Part shown: positions 1-7,189 of the stretch, piece after piece | Numbering within the stretch: position 1 is the first letter of the stretch | Layout of the letters: each line of letters begins with the position of its first letter | Origin: Chloroflexota bacterium | GTDB taxonomy: Bacteria > Chloroflexota > Anaerolineae > Anaerolineales > UBA11579 | Direction of reading: 5' to 3' | Assembly: GCA_016191875.1 (NCBI GenBank) | Contig: JACPVG010000016.1 | Location: 42,444-106,443, forward strand | DNA length: 64,000 nt | Made by a program: the position numbers and the translations under genes | Notes under the pieces: generated by a model | The model's database searches: none | The model's input: only the letters and a program-made list of their open reading frames with translations | What the model was told of the DNA's origin: nothing

Positions 1-234
1 CGACTCTTTGTGCGAAATGCGTTCGGTGTCTGTGCTGTCGCGGTAGATGACGCGCAGGCGGTCGTTGTCTTCAATGATGCGGGCGACCCGCCCCGCCTGG
101 ATGTCGGCGGCTACTTCATTAATTGTGAGCGTCTCCTGCTGGTTGGGCTGCTGTATCTGAACCAGAATCATCGCGATGATGATGACAAACAGCAGAATGT
201 AGAACAGAGACACTCGGCTACGAGGGTTGTTCAC
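1..234 (-). CDS. ftsH: FtsH-like membrane protease, N-terminal 78 aa only (gene runs off window start)
   Basis: Not in ORF track (edge-truncated, GTG start). Minus-strand translation VNNPRSRVSLFYILLFVIIIAMILVQIQQPNQQETLTINEVAADIQAGRVARIIEDNDRLRVIYRD...: one TM helix, then an FtsH-extracellular-like segment. GGAGGA lies 4 nt upstream of GTG (234-232). AAA and protease domains are not visible. Confidence 0.55.
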   Translation of the reverse strand, partial: MNNPRSRVSLFYILLFVIIIAMILVQIQQPNQQETLTINEVAADIQAGRVARIIEDNDRLRVIYRDSTDTERISHKES

Positions 235-260
235 ACGATCCTCCGAAACGAAACTGAGTA

Positions 261-390
261 GCCCACCGAAAGTCTTTTTGCAAGGGCTCCGACCTTCCTG
301 CGTCACTCTCCTCGCAAGATGCCTTGGACTACTTTACTAGTTGGCCGCTGCAACTCTCCGACGGAATTCAAAACTTTTATGGCCAACACC
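261..390 (-). repeat. Copy 1 of a ~130-nt intergenic repeat family (orientation inferred from a G-U pair)
   Basis: Reverse complement aligns colinearly with 7057-7186 (+), with about 5 differences in a ~93-nt core, and with 35399-35530 (+). Lies between the ftsH start and the parA promoter. Confidence 0.8.
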
Positions 391-415
391 TTGGTACCTG
401 ATAGTCGGTCAGAAG

Positions 416-424
416 ATTATACCA
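416..424 (-). promoter_or_regulatory. Candidate extended -10 (TGGTATAAT) reading toward repeat copy 1 and ftsH
   Basis: The + strand reads ATTATACCA, which is TGGTATAAT on the minus strand. No good -35. Would give a ~175-nt ftsH leader containing the repeat. Confidence 0.3.
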
Positions 425-548
425 ACCTTGGGGCTACTATACTTTACCGCTGAGGTTCCTGACAATGAATCTAATAGTTCTCTTACTATGGCGTTTGCGC
501 CCGCGGAACACGCCCAATGTGGGTATTTGCCCTGCGCAGGGAAATTAA

Positions 549-577
549 TTGACTTCTTTCTGGCCATGGTCTATACT
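549..577 (+). promoter_or_regulatory. Sigma-70-like promoter TTGACT-N17-TATACT for the ParA-like gene (candidate leaderless mRNA)
   Basis: TTGACT at 549-554, 17-nt spacer, TATACT at 572-577. The ATG at 585 is 7 nt after the -10 and has no SD. Confidence 0.45.
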
Positions 578-584
578 GGCAGGC

Positions 585-1349
585 ATGCGGCGCGTAATCG
601 CAGTAGCCAACCAGAAGGGCGGTGTGGGCAAGACGACCACGGTGATGAATCTGGGAGCGGCGTTGGCGGCCATGGGGTATCGTGTCGTCGTGGTGGATCT
701 GGATTCGCAGGGCGCGCTGACGGCATCCTTCGGCTACAATCCCTATCAGGTCAACCCGTCCACAACTGAATTGCTGCTGCAGCCGGAGCTCTCGCTGGGA
801 AACATATTGCGCGGCGGCGGAGAGCGCCTGGATGTGGCCCCTGCCAGCGCTGAACTGCTTTCAGCAGAATACCGGCTGCTCAAACAGCCCGATCGGACGC
901 ATCGACTAAAAAACGCCATAAGCGCTGTCCAAGACGATTTTGACTTCGTGATCATTGATACGCCCCCCAACCTGGGACTGCTGACCGTCAATGCGCTGGT
1001 GGCGGCTGGAGAATTGCTAATCCCGGTGAAGACGGATTATCTGGCGATGCGCGGCGTGCGCCCTCTACTTGAGTCAGTATGGCTGATTCGCGACAAGATC
1101 AACCCGAAACTTGACTTGTTGGGGGTGCTGCCGACGATGCACCCGCCCGATTCGCCGCATGCCGCGGCGGTGTTGGAGGAGTTGCGTTCAGTTTTCAAGA
1201 ATCGATTGTTCAGTACGACCATCCCCATGGATGAGGCCGCGGCGGTGGCGCCGGTGACGCGCCAGGCCGTGATCGATTTCAAACCCGATAGCCTGGTGGC
1301 GGCAGCCTATCGCCGCCTAGCCGAGGAGGTAAGCGATGCACTCCGATAG
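585..1349 (+). CDS. ParA/Soj-family P-loop ATPase (orphan; no parB nearby)
   Basis: MRRVIAVANQKGGVGKTTTVMNLGAALA... has the deviant Walker A KGGxxK[ST]; DTPPNLG also present. ORF-track start 549 trimmed to the internal ATG that gives the canonical N-terminus. Confidence 0.9.
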   Translation: MRRVIAVANQKGGVGKTTTVMNLGAALAAMGYRVVVVDLDSQGALTASFGYNPYQVNPSTTELLLQPELSLGNILRGGGERLDVAPASAELLSAEYRLLKQPDRTHRLKNAISAVQDDFDFVIIDTPPNLGLLTVNALVAAGELLIPVKTDYLAMRGVRPLLESVWLIRDKINPKLDLLGVLPTMHPPDSPHAAAVLEELRSVFKNRLFSTTIPMDEAAAVAPVTRQAVIDFKPDSLVAAAYRRLAEEVSDALR

Positions 1350-2439
1350 ACTCGACGCTGGCGGTAACCCGGTTGAAGGTACGGGCAGTGAAATGCTGCC
1401 GGACCGGGGCCTGCCATTCGACGTGAGCGAGCGAGCCGGTTCATCGGCCGCTCCGATTGACCTGACGCCGGATGAACTTGAAGCGCTGATGACGGGCAGC
1501 GCGGATCAGGGCGGGATGGAAGCGCTCATGCCCGAAGAGCCCGATCATGGGATGGGCGCCGGCTTTCCCGTTCTGGACGCCGAAATGGGCGATTCGGCCT
1601 CGCCGCCGCTTGAGGAGGCTCCCCTGCCACCGCCAGATCTTGCGCCGGGTGGATTGGCGAGTGCGCCCGCCGTCGGCCAGCCGGTGGGTACGGTTGAGCC
1701 GCCAGTCCTGGCCACAGAGGCGGAGAAGGCGTTCGCGATGTCAGCCCTGTTCCTAACGGATGAACGGCTGATGAGATTGTGGTCCCGGATGGACGCGGCC
1801 CAGCAATCGATCCGAATCGCCGTTCCGAGCATCGATATCGCCCGTCGCCTGCTGGTGGAGGTGGAAACGGCGAGAAACCTGCTGTTGCGGAACCGTGACA
1901 ATTATGAAGAGGCCGAACGGGCCGTCGGCTCGGTCGAGTTGGAGGTCACCATCATCCAGCGCTCGATCTCCGAGAGCAAGGTCGCCACGCGTCTGCTCCT
2001 GTACGAGTTGGCCTGGTCGGTGGTGTTCATGGCGATTCTTGTGGCAAGCGGCATCGGCATCAACCTGCCATTCCTGGAGCCGACGCTGCTCTTTGCAATC
2101 AACGGCGCTGCATGGGGCGGTCTTGGCGGAATCGTTGGCGCGATCTATGCCCTTTGGAGGCATGTGACGCACGAGATGGACTTTAGCAAGTCATACTCGC
2201 TTTGGTACATCACCAACCCGATTATGGGCATCTTTCTCGGCGTCGTGATGTATCTGATCATGCTGGCGGGTCTGTTCTCACTCACGTTGGGCTCGGACGC
2301 GGGTGAGATATCCTCGCCGTTCGTGATCTATGTGGTTGCGTTCATCGTGGGCTACCGCCAGAACGTGGCCTGGGACCTGATCCGGCGCATCATCAAGGCG
2401 TTGTTCCAACTGAACGACAGCAACGAAACAGAAAAATAG
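1336..2439 (+). CDS. Hypothetical membrane protein: acidic/Pro-rich N-terminus, helical middle, about 4 C-terminal TM helices
   Basis: 367-aa ORF overlapping the parA stop by 14 nt (coupled). The hydrophobic C-terminal third (LAWSVVFMAILVASGIGI..., IMGIFLGVVMYLIMLAGLF...) argues for a real gene. No family recognised. Confidence 0.7.
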   Translation: MHSDRLDAGGNPVEGTGSEMLPDRGLPFDVSERAGSSAAPIDLTPDELEALMTGSADQGGMEALMPEEPDHGMGAGFPVLDAEMGDSASPPLEEAPLPPPDLAPGGLASAPAVGQPVGTVEPPVLATEAEKAFAMSALFLTDERLMRLWSRMDAAQQSIRIAVPSIDIARRLLVEVETARNLLLRNRDNYEEAERAVGSVELEVTIIQRSISESKVATRLLLYELAWSVVFMAILVASGIGINLPFLEPTLLFAINGAAWGGLGGIVGAIYALWRHVTHEMDFSKSYSLWYITNPIMGIFLGVVMYLIMLAGLFSLTLGSDAGEISSPFVIYVVAFIVGYRQNVAWDLIRRIIKALFQLNDSNETEK

Positions 2440-2457
2440 CCAGTCCGATGCGTGAAA

Positions 2458-2491
2458 AGAGCCGCCCTGTTTTCAGGGCGGCTCTTCTTTT
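2458..2491. terminator. Bidirectional rho-independent terminator between convergent genes
   Basis: AGAGCCGCCCTG-TTTT-CAGGGCGGCTCT (12-bp stem), flanked by an A-run upstream and TCTTTTG downstream. Confidence 0.75.
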
Positions 2492-2497
2492 GTTGCG

Positions 2498-3604
2498 CTA
2501 ACCGCGTCGACCCCAGATCAGACCTTCCAGGAAGCGGACGAGGCGGCGCAGCCAGGAGCGGATGCGGGCCAGACGCCGCTGCTGCTGGAAGTTGATCGGC
2601 TTGGCGCTCGGGAACGGGCCGGTCCAGATGACCGTGACCGCGCCCCAGGTAAGGCCGCCCCCAAAGCCCACGAACACGATCTTATCATCTCTTCTCAGAC
2701 GGCCGGCCTCGGCTGCCTCAACTGTTGCGATGGGTATCGAAGCGGTTGAGGTGTTGCCATACTCCTGCAGGTTAACGATGAATTTCTCCATCGGGAGCTT
2801 GAGCCCGCGCGCGGCGGCATCGATTATGCGCAAGTTGGCCTGGTGCGGGATGATGAGGTCGATGTCCTCGAGCTGCAAACCGGCGCGGTCAACCACCTCT
2901 CTGGAGGCGTTGGCCATCACACGGGTGGCGAAGCGGAAGACTTCCCTGCCGTTCATCTGAATATAGTGCAGGCCATCGGCTATCGTTTGCGGCGTCGCGG
3001 GCATGGCGCTGCCGCCGGCCGGGAGGCAGAGCAGGTCTCCGCCGGAGCCATCTGAACGCATCACCGAGGAAATCACCCCGCCGGGCTCGTCGCTGCCCTG
3101 CAACACGAACGCTCCGGCGCCATCCCCGAAGAGGATGCAGGTTGTGCGATCGTTCCAATCTACCAGGCGAGAGAGCGTTTCCGCGCCGATGACGATGGCG
3201 TTACGGATCGCCCCGCCGCGGATGGCTTGGGTGGCCATGTTCATGGCGAAAATGAAGCCCGTGCAGGCCGCCAGCAAGTCAAAGGCGCCAGCGTTGATGG
3301 CGCCGATGCGATCCTGGATGACGGAGGCGGTGGCCGGGAAGATGTGCTGGGGGGAGGAGGTCGAGCAGATGATCAGGTCTACATCCCGAGGATGCAGATT
3401 GGCGACCTTAAGCGCCCTGATGGCGGCTTCAGCGCCGAGCGAGGCCGAGCTCTCTTCAGGAGCAGCGATGTGCCGGCGTTCGATGCCGGTGCGGTCGCGA
3501 ATCCATTCGTCATTGGTATCAACCATCTGAGCGAGGTCGTCATTCGTCAACACCTTTTCGGGGGCGCTCATTCCCCAACCGGTAATGTGGGCGTAGAGGG
3601 TCAT
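2498..3604 (-). CDS. fabH: 3-oxoacyl-ACP synthase III (FabH) with a ~40-aa basic amphipathic C-terminal extension
   Basis: MTLYAHITGWGMSAPEKVLTNDDLAQMVDTNDEWIRDRTGIERRH..., active-site context AACTGF, ...GFGGGLTWGA. Extra tail QQQRRLARIRSWLRRLVRFLEGLIWGRRG. Confidence 0.9.
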   Translation of the reverse strand: MTLYAHITGWGMSAPEKVLTNDDLAQMVDTNDEWIRDRTGIERRHIAAPEESSASLGAEAAIRALKVANLHPRDVDLIICSTSSPQHIFPATASVIQDRIGAINAGAFDLLAACTGFIFAMNMATQAIRGGAIRNAIVIGAETLSRLVDWNDRTTCILFGDGAGAFVLQGSDEPGGVISSVMRSDGSGGDLLCLPAGGSAMPATPQTIADGLHYIQMNGREVFRFATRVMANASREVVDRAGLQLEDIDLIIPHQANLRIIDAAARGLKLPMEKFIVNLQEYGNTSTASIPIATVEAAEAGRLRRDDKIVFVGFGGGLTWGAVTVIWTGPFPSAKPINFQQQRRLARIRSWLRRLVRFLEGLIWGRRG

Positions 3605-4857
3605 GCCTGGGCCTCGGCCGGCCGGGCCAAAATGATGGTGGCGTTGTGGCCGCCAAAGCCAAAGGAATTGGACATGGCATACGTCAGTTCCGCGGAGCGG
3701 GCCTGGTTGGGAACATAATCCAGGTCGCAGGCGGGATCAGGAGTTTCGTAGTTAATGGTTGGCGGGATGGTCTGTGCCGCGAGGGCTTTGACACACACCA
3801 GGGCTTCCATGGCGCCGGATGCGCCCAGCATGTGGCCGGTCATGGATTTGGTGGACGACACGGGGATGGCGTAGGCGCCTTCGCCGAACACGGTCTTGAT
3901 GGCGGCGGTCTCGTTCTTATCGTTCAGTTGCGTGCTGGTGCCATGGGCGTTGATGTAATCGATGGCGTCCGGCTGGAGATTGGCATCGTCCAGGGCCATT
4001 TGCATGCAGGCGACCGCGCCGGCGCCATTCTCGGCAGGAGCGGTGATGTGATAGGCATCGTTGGTGCTGCCGTAGCCGGCGACTTCGGCATAGATCCGTG
4101 CGCCGCGTGCCTGGGCGTGCTCCAATGACTCCAGCAACATTATGGCGCCGCCTTCGCCCATGAGAAAGCCATCGCGGGTCAGGTCGAACGGGCGGCTGGC
4201 GCGGGCGGGGTCGTCGTTACGGGTGGATAGTGCGGTCATGGAGGCCATGCCCGCCATGGCGATTGGGATGACGGAGGCTTCGGCGCCGCCCGCGAACATC
4301 ACGTCGGCCTGGCCGCGGCGAATCACTTCGGCGGCTTCGCCCAGCGCGTTGGTGCCGGTGGCGCAGGCCGTCACTACGGCAAGGTTGGATGCGCGGATAC
4401 CGAGGTGTATGGCGAGCATGCCGCCGGCGGTATCCGGCAGCATCATCGGGATGAGAAATGGACTGACGCGGGTGGGGCCCTGGGTCAGCATGACTTCGAT
4501 CTGTTCCGAGATGGTCCCCAGCCCGCCGATGCCAGAGCCGATGACGGCGCCGATGCGGTGGCGGTTGCCGTCGTCAATGGTCAGGCCGCTGTCGGAGAGG
4601 GCTTCGAGGGCAGCGGCCATGGCGAACTGCGTAAAGCGGTCCATGCGCCGGGCTTCTTTACGCCCAAACATGGAGTCCGGGTCCCAGCCCTTGACCTCGG
4701 CGGCGATACGGCACTTGTGTTCAGATGCATCGAACAATGTAACCGGCCCGCCCCCCGGCGTCCCGGCAACCAGATTGCTCCAGGTGGATTCAAGGGTATT
4801 TCCGACCGGGCTGACACAGCCCAGGCCGGTAATCACGATACGCTTACGGTCTTCCAT
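3601..4857 (-). CDS. fabF: 3-oxoacyl-ACP synthase II (FabF)
   Basis: RIVITGLGCVSPVGN..., VVTACATGTNALGEA, INAHGTSTQLND, SNSFGFGGHNATI. 4-nt overlap with fabH. GGAGG SD. Confidence 0.93.
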   Translation of the reverse strand: MEDRKRIVITGLGCVSPVGNTLESTWSNLVAGTPGGGPVTLFDASEHKCRIAAEVKGWDPDSMFGRKEARRMDRFTQFAMAAALEALSDSGLTIDDGNRHRIGAVIGSGIGGLGTISEQIEVMLTQGPTRVSPFLIPMMLPDTAGGMLAIHLGIRASNLAVVTACATGTNALGEAAEVIRRGQADVMFAGGAEASVIPIAMAGMASMTALSTRNDDPARASRPFDLTRDGFLMGEGGAIMLLESLEHAQARGARIYAEVAGYGSTNDAYHITAPAENGAGAVACMQMALDDANLQPDAIDYINAHGTSTQLNDKNETAAIKTVFGEGAYAIPVSSTKSMTGHMLGASGAMEALVCVKALAAQTIPPTINYETPDPACDLDYVPNQARSAELTYAMSNSFGFGGHNATIILARPAEAQA

Positions 4858-4917
4858 GTTGCCTCCGGGATGGTGCTTGGTATAACACGCCTGTTTAGAT
4901 TCGGATGCGCCAGACGA

Positions 4918-6117
4918 CTACGCGACGCGTTCCAGCGTGTTCGCTGCCTGCTGGATATGCAGACGGTCATGCCGGGCGCTGAACCGCATCAGCTCCAACA
5001 ACGTGGTGGGGCCAAAAATGCTGTGGCGGATCTGGCGTTCCCAGTCGGCGTCTGTCAGGGCATCCAACACGGCCATTATTTGGTAGCGCAGGTTCAGCCA
5101 TTCTTCCAGGACGGCCAGCGGGTCCTGTTCATTGTATCGGCGCGGTTTTGCCCATGTGTCCGGGTCAACGGCAGCAATGAATGCGTCCTCCGAGGAAAGG
5201 ATGGTTTTGAGCCGGGGCGCGGTCACTTCGGCGTCCACATCCCTGAAGTGACAGAGTATTTCGGTGAGGCTCCATTCACCCTCGGCGGGTCGGGTTCGCA
5301 ACGCGGCGAGGTCCTTCCCGGCCGCAAACGCGGCAATGGCTGCATGCGAGGTTCGGTAGGTGGCAAGGATGGCGTCGCGACTGTCCAGAGAAGGCACGAG
5401 GGTTTGGGCGGGCTGGGCGGAGATCCAATCCAGGATGTCTTCGATTCCGCCGGCGTTGTTTTTCCTAGGAGCGACCGAATCGGGTAAGTCGGTCCGGACG
5501 AGAAAAGATGCCAGACCAAGTTTCGCGGCGGGTGCGGCATCGTTTGCGGGGTCGTCGCCAATCACCAGGGCCGGGCCCTCAGGCCATCCCAGGCGGGCCA
5601 GCACCTCGGCGAAATAGGCCGGGCTGGGTTTGGTGAAGTGGAACTCTTCGTAGCAGGACACAAGGCTGAAGCTGTTGGCTTCGATCGGGAGTCCGGCCCA
5701 CGCCAGTCGCTGGGCAATGGCAGTCCGGGGGAACAGTGGGTTGGTGGCAATGGCGATGCGGTGGCCGCGATGGAATGCCTCCCTGACGAAGTCAATGGCC
5801 ACCGGACGCGGGGCGGTCAGCGTGGCGATGGCGGGGTACTTTTCGGCATAGTAGTGGTCAATCAGGTCCTGTGCGTCCGCACTGTTGAGCCCCAGGGCGG
5901 GGTAGAAGGCGTGGTCGAATGTCTGCTTGAGCGTCCGGCGCAGGTCGGTGTTTTCCTGCATGGCCTGGGTGGCTTTGAGCAGCGCGGGGACAAGCTCCTC
6001 GGGTGGGACATACGCGGACATCGCCTCGGCGAGACCGTTCAAATAGGCCGGGATGAACGCCCCCATATCGTTATCCAGCAAGGTATTGTCGAGATCAAGC
6101 AGGAGGGTCAGCGTCAT
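4918..6117 (-). CDS. HAD-superfamily hydrolase fused to a C-terminal DinB_2-like domain
   Basis: N-terminus MTLTLLLDLDNTLL (HAD motif I DxDxT), later GDDPANDA. C-terminus has DinB-like His residues (CHFRDVD...RHDRLH). Start moved from 6168 to the ATG at 6117, just before motif I. Confidence 0.8.
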   Translation of the reverse strand: MTLTLLLDLDNTLLDNDMGAFIPAYLNGLAEAMSAYVPPEELVPALLKATQAMQENTDLRRTLKQTFDHAFYPALGLNSADAQDLIDHYYAEKYPAIATLTAPRPVAIDFVREAFHRGHRIAIATNPLFPRTAIAQRLAWAGLPIEANSFSLVSCYEEFHFTKPSPAYFAEVLARLGWPEGPALVIGDDPANDAAPAAKLGLASFLVRTDLPDSVAPRKNNAGGIEDILDWISAQPAQTLVPSLDSRDAILATYRTSHAAIAAFAAGKDLAALRTRPAEGEWSLTEILCHFRDVDAEVTAPRLKTILSSEDAFIAAVDPDTWAKPRRYNEQDPLAVLEEWLNLRYQIMAVLDALTDADWERQIRHSIFGPTTLLELMRFSARHDRLHIQQAANTLERVA

Positions 6118-6442
6118 CGGTGGTCGCGAGGAATATGGGAGGCAGGGCGTGGCACTGACCGCAGCCAATCCTTGGTTCTGAGACTTCGCAGGCGCACTTG
6201 TTGCAGTGGGCAGTCAACTGCACCTGTTCGGCCAGTATGAGGAATGGCCGCTTCAGACTGGGCGCGAATTCCAGGTGTTCACAGGCGTTATCGCGCTGGA
6301 TATCCGGCATGGGACAGGTTTTGCAGTGCTGAGGCCGCCAGGCCAGTCCGGCCGCTTTGAGCAATCGGCATTCCTCGTGGTGCCGGCCGCGATAATAATC
6401 CCCGTAGAAGTAACGGCATTCCCTGCCGGAGGGGGTCAGCAT
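6095..6442 (-). CDS. Cys/His-rich small protein (10 Cys; CxxC motifs), hypothetical
   Basis: The ATG starts 1 nt after the efp stop (TAGCATG). CKTC, CNKCAC and CGQC motifs. Fills an otherwise 326-nt gap in a dense operon. Overlaps the HAD::DinB start by 23 nt. Confidence 0.6.
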   Translation of the reverse strand: MLTPSGRECRYFYGDYYRGRHHEECRLLKAAGLAWRPQHCKTCPMPDIQRDNACEHLEFAPSLKRPFLILAEQVQLTAHCNKCACEVSEPRIGCGQCHALPPIFLATTDDADPPA

Positions 6443-6443
6443 G

Positions 6444-7001
6444 CTACACGCGTGTCAGGTAAGCGCCGGTGCGGGTATCCACCCGGATGGTATCGCCGGT
6501 TTCGACAAACCCGGGAACAGAGACTTCCAGTCCGGTTTCAGTAACCACTTTCTTATTCACGCCGGTGGCGGTGTCTCCCCGCACGGAGGGTTCGGCCCGC
6601 ACCACCTCGAGCTCAACCGTCAGAGGCAGTTCTATGTCCAGGGTTTCGCCCTCGAAGACGGTGATCTTCACTTCCATCTGCTCCTTGAGGTAATTGGCGG
6701 CATCACCAACCACCGAGCCGGATAGGGCGGGCTGCTCATAGGTCTCAATATCCATGAAATGAAAGAACTCGCCATCCGAATAAAGGAATTGGGCGTTGTG
6801 AAATTCGAGCTGGACGTTTTCAACCCGTTCGCTGGAAGAAAACGTCTTCTCGATGGTGGCGCCAGAACGGAGGTTGATGGCTTTGACGCGGATGGTTGCC
6901 AGGCCGCGCCCAGGTTTGTTGTGGCTGTAGTCCAGGACTTTATAGAGCGCGCCATCCAGTTGAAACGTCACGCCTTTGCGAAGATCGTTAGCGTCAATCA
7001 T
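6444..7001 (-). CDS. efp: Translation elongation factor P (185 aa)
   Basis: MIDANDLRKGVTFQLDGALYKVLDYSHNKPGRGLATIRVK...VDTRTGAYLTRV. ORF-track N-terminal extension to 7169 rejected; it crosses repeat copy 2, and the ATG at 7001 gives a canonical EF-P. Confidence 0.95.
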   Translation of the reverse strand: MIDANDLRKGVTFQLDGALYKVLDYSHNKPGRGLATIRVKAINLRSGATIEKTFSSSERVENVQLEFHNAQFLYSDGEFFHFMDIETYEQPALSGSVVGDAANYLKEQMEVKITVFEGETLDIELPLTVELEVVRAEPSVRGDTATGVNKKVVTETGLEVSVPGFVETGDTIRVDTRTGAYLTRV

Positions 7002-7037
7002 AAAGAAGACCTCATGCAGGTGGATTTGAATCGGCGA

Positions 7038-7046
7038 ATTATACCA
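7038..7046 (-). promoter_or_regulatory. Candidate extended -10 (TGGTATAAT) for efp
   Basis: Minus strand reads GCTGGTATAATTCGCC about 37 nt upstream of the efp ATG. GAGG SD downstream. Confidence 0.4.
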
Positions 7047-7056
7047 GCGGGCTAAG

Positions 7057-7186
7057 TAGTCGGACGTAAGAGTTTTGAATTCAGTCGGAGTGGGGCAGCG
7101 ACCAACTAGTAAAGTAGTCCATGGGCATCTTGCGAGGAGAGTGACGCAGGAAGGTCGGAGTCCTTGCAAAAAGACTTTCAGTGGGC
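7057..7186 (+). repeat. Copy 2 of the ~130-nt intergenic repeat family
   Basis: GTAGTCGGACGTAAGAGTTTTGAATTCAGTCGGAG...CATCTTGCGAGGAGAGTGACGCAGGAAGGTCGGAGTCCTTGCAAAAAGACTTTCAGTGGGC. Abuts the stop codon of the HD-GYP gene. Confidence 0.8.
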
Positions 7187-7189
7187 CAC

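Noticed and set aside
341-769. ORF-track entry of 142 aa spanning the ftsH-parA intergenic region and the parA 5' end.
   Set aside because: It crosses repeat copy 1 and the parA promoter, is out of frame with the clear ParA protein, has low-complexity Gly/Arg-rich composition, and has no SD.
4405-5487. Long antisense or shadow ORFs typical of high-GC DNA. Examples: 4405-5487 (+), 7181-8095 (+), 14235-15047 (-), 22316-23260 (+), 28386-29219 (-), 33396-34352 (+), 35989-37074 (-), 42142-42996 (-), 46574-47446 (-), 49829-50494 (-), 55894-56442 (-).
   Set aside because: Each is fully embedded opposite a gene with unmistakable family motifs. Their translations are Arg/Gly/Ala/Pro/His-rich low-complexity strings with no recognisable domains.
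6444-7169. Long N-terminal extensions offered by the ORF track. Examples: efp to 7169, HAD::DinB to 6168, fmt to 24863, rpiR-like from 35482, thiolase from 43035, second ACAD from 39338, sufU from 51042, gcvPA from 26480, uridine-kinase-like from 29329, erpA-like to 62495.
   Set aside because: In each case an internal ATG or GTG with an SD reproduces the canonical family N-terminus. The extension overlaps a neighbouring gene, repeat, tRNA or terminator.
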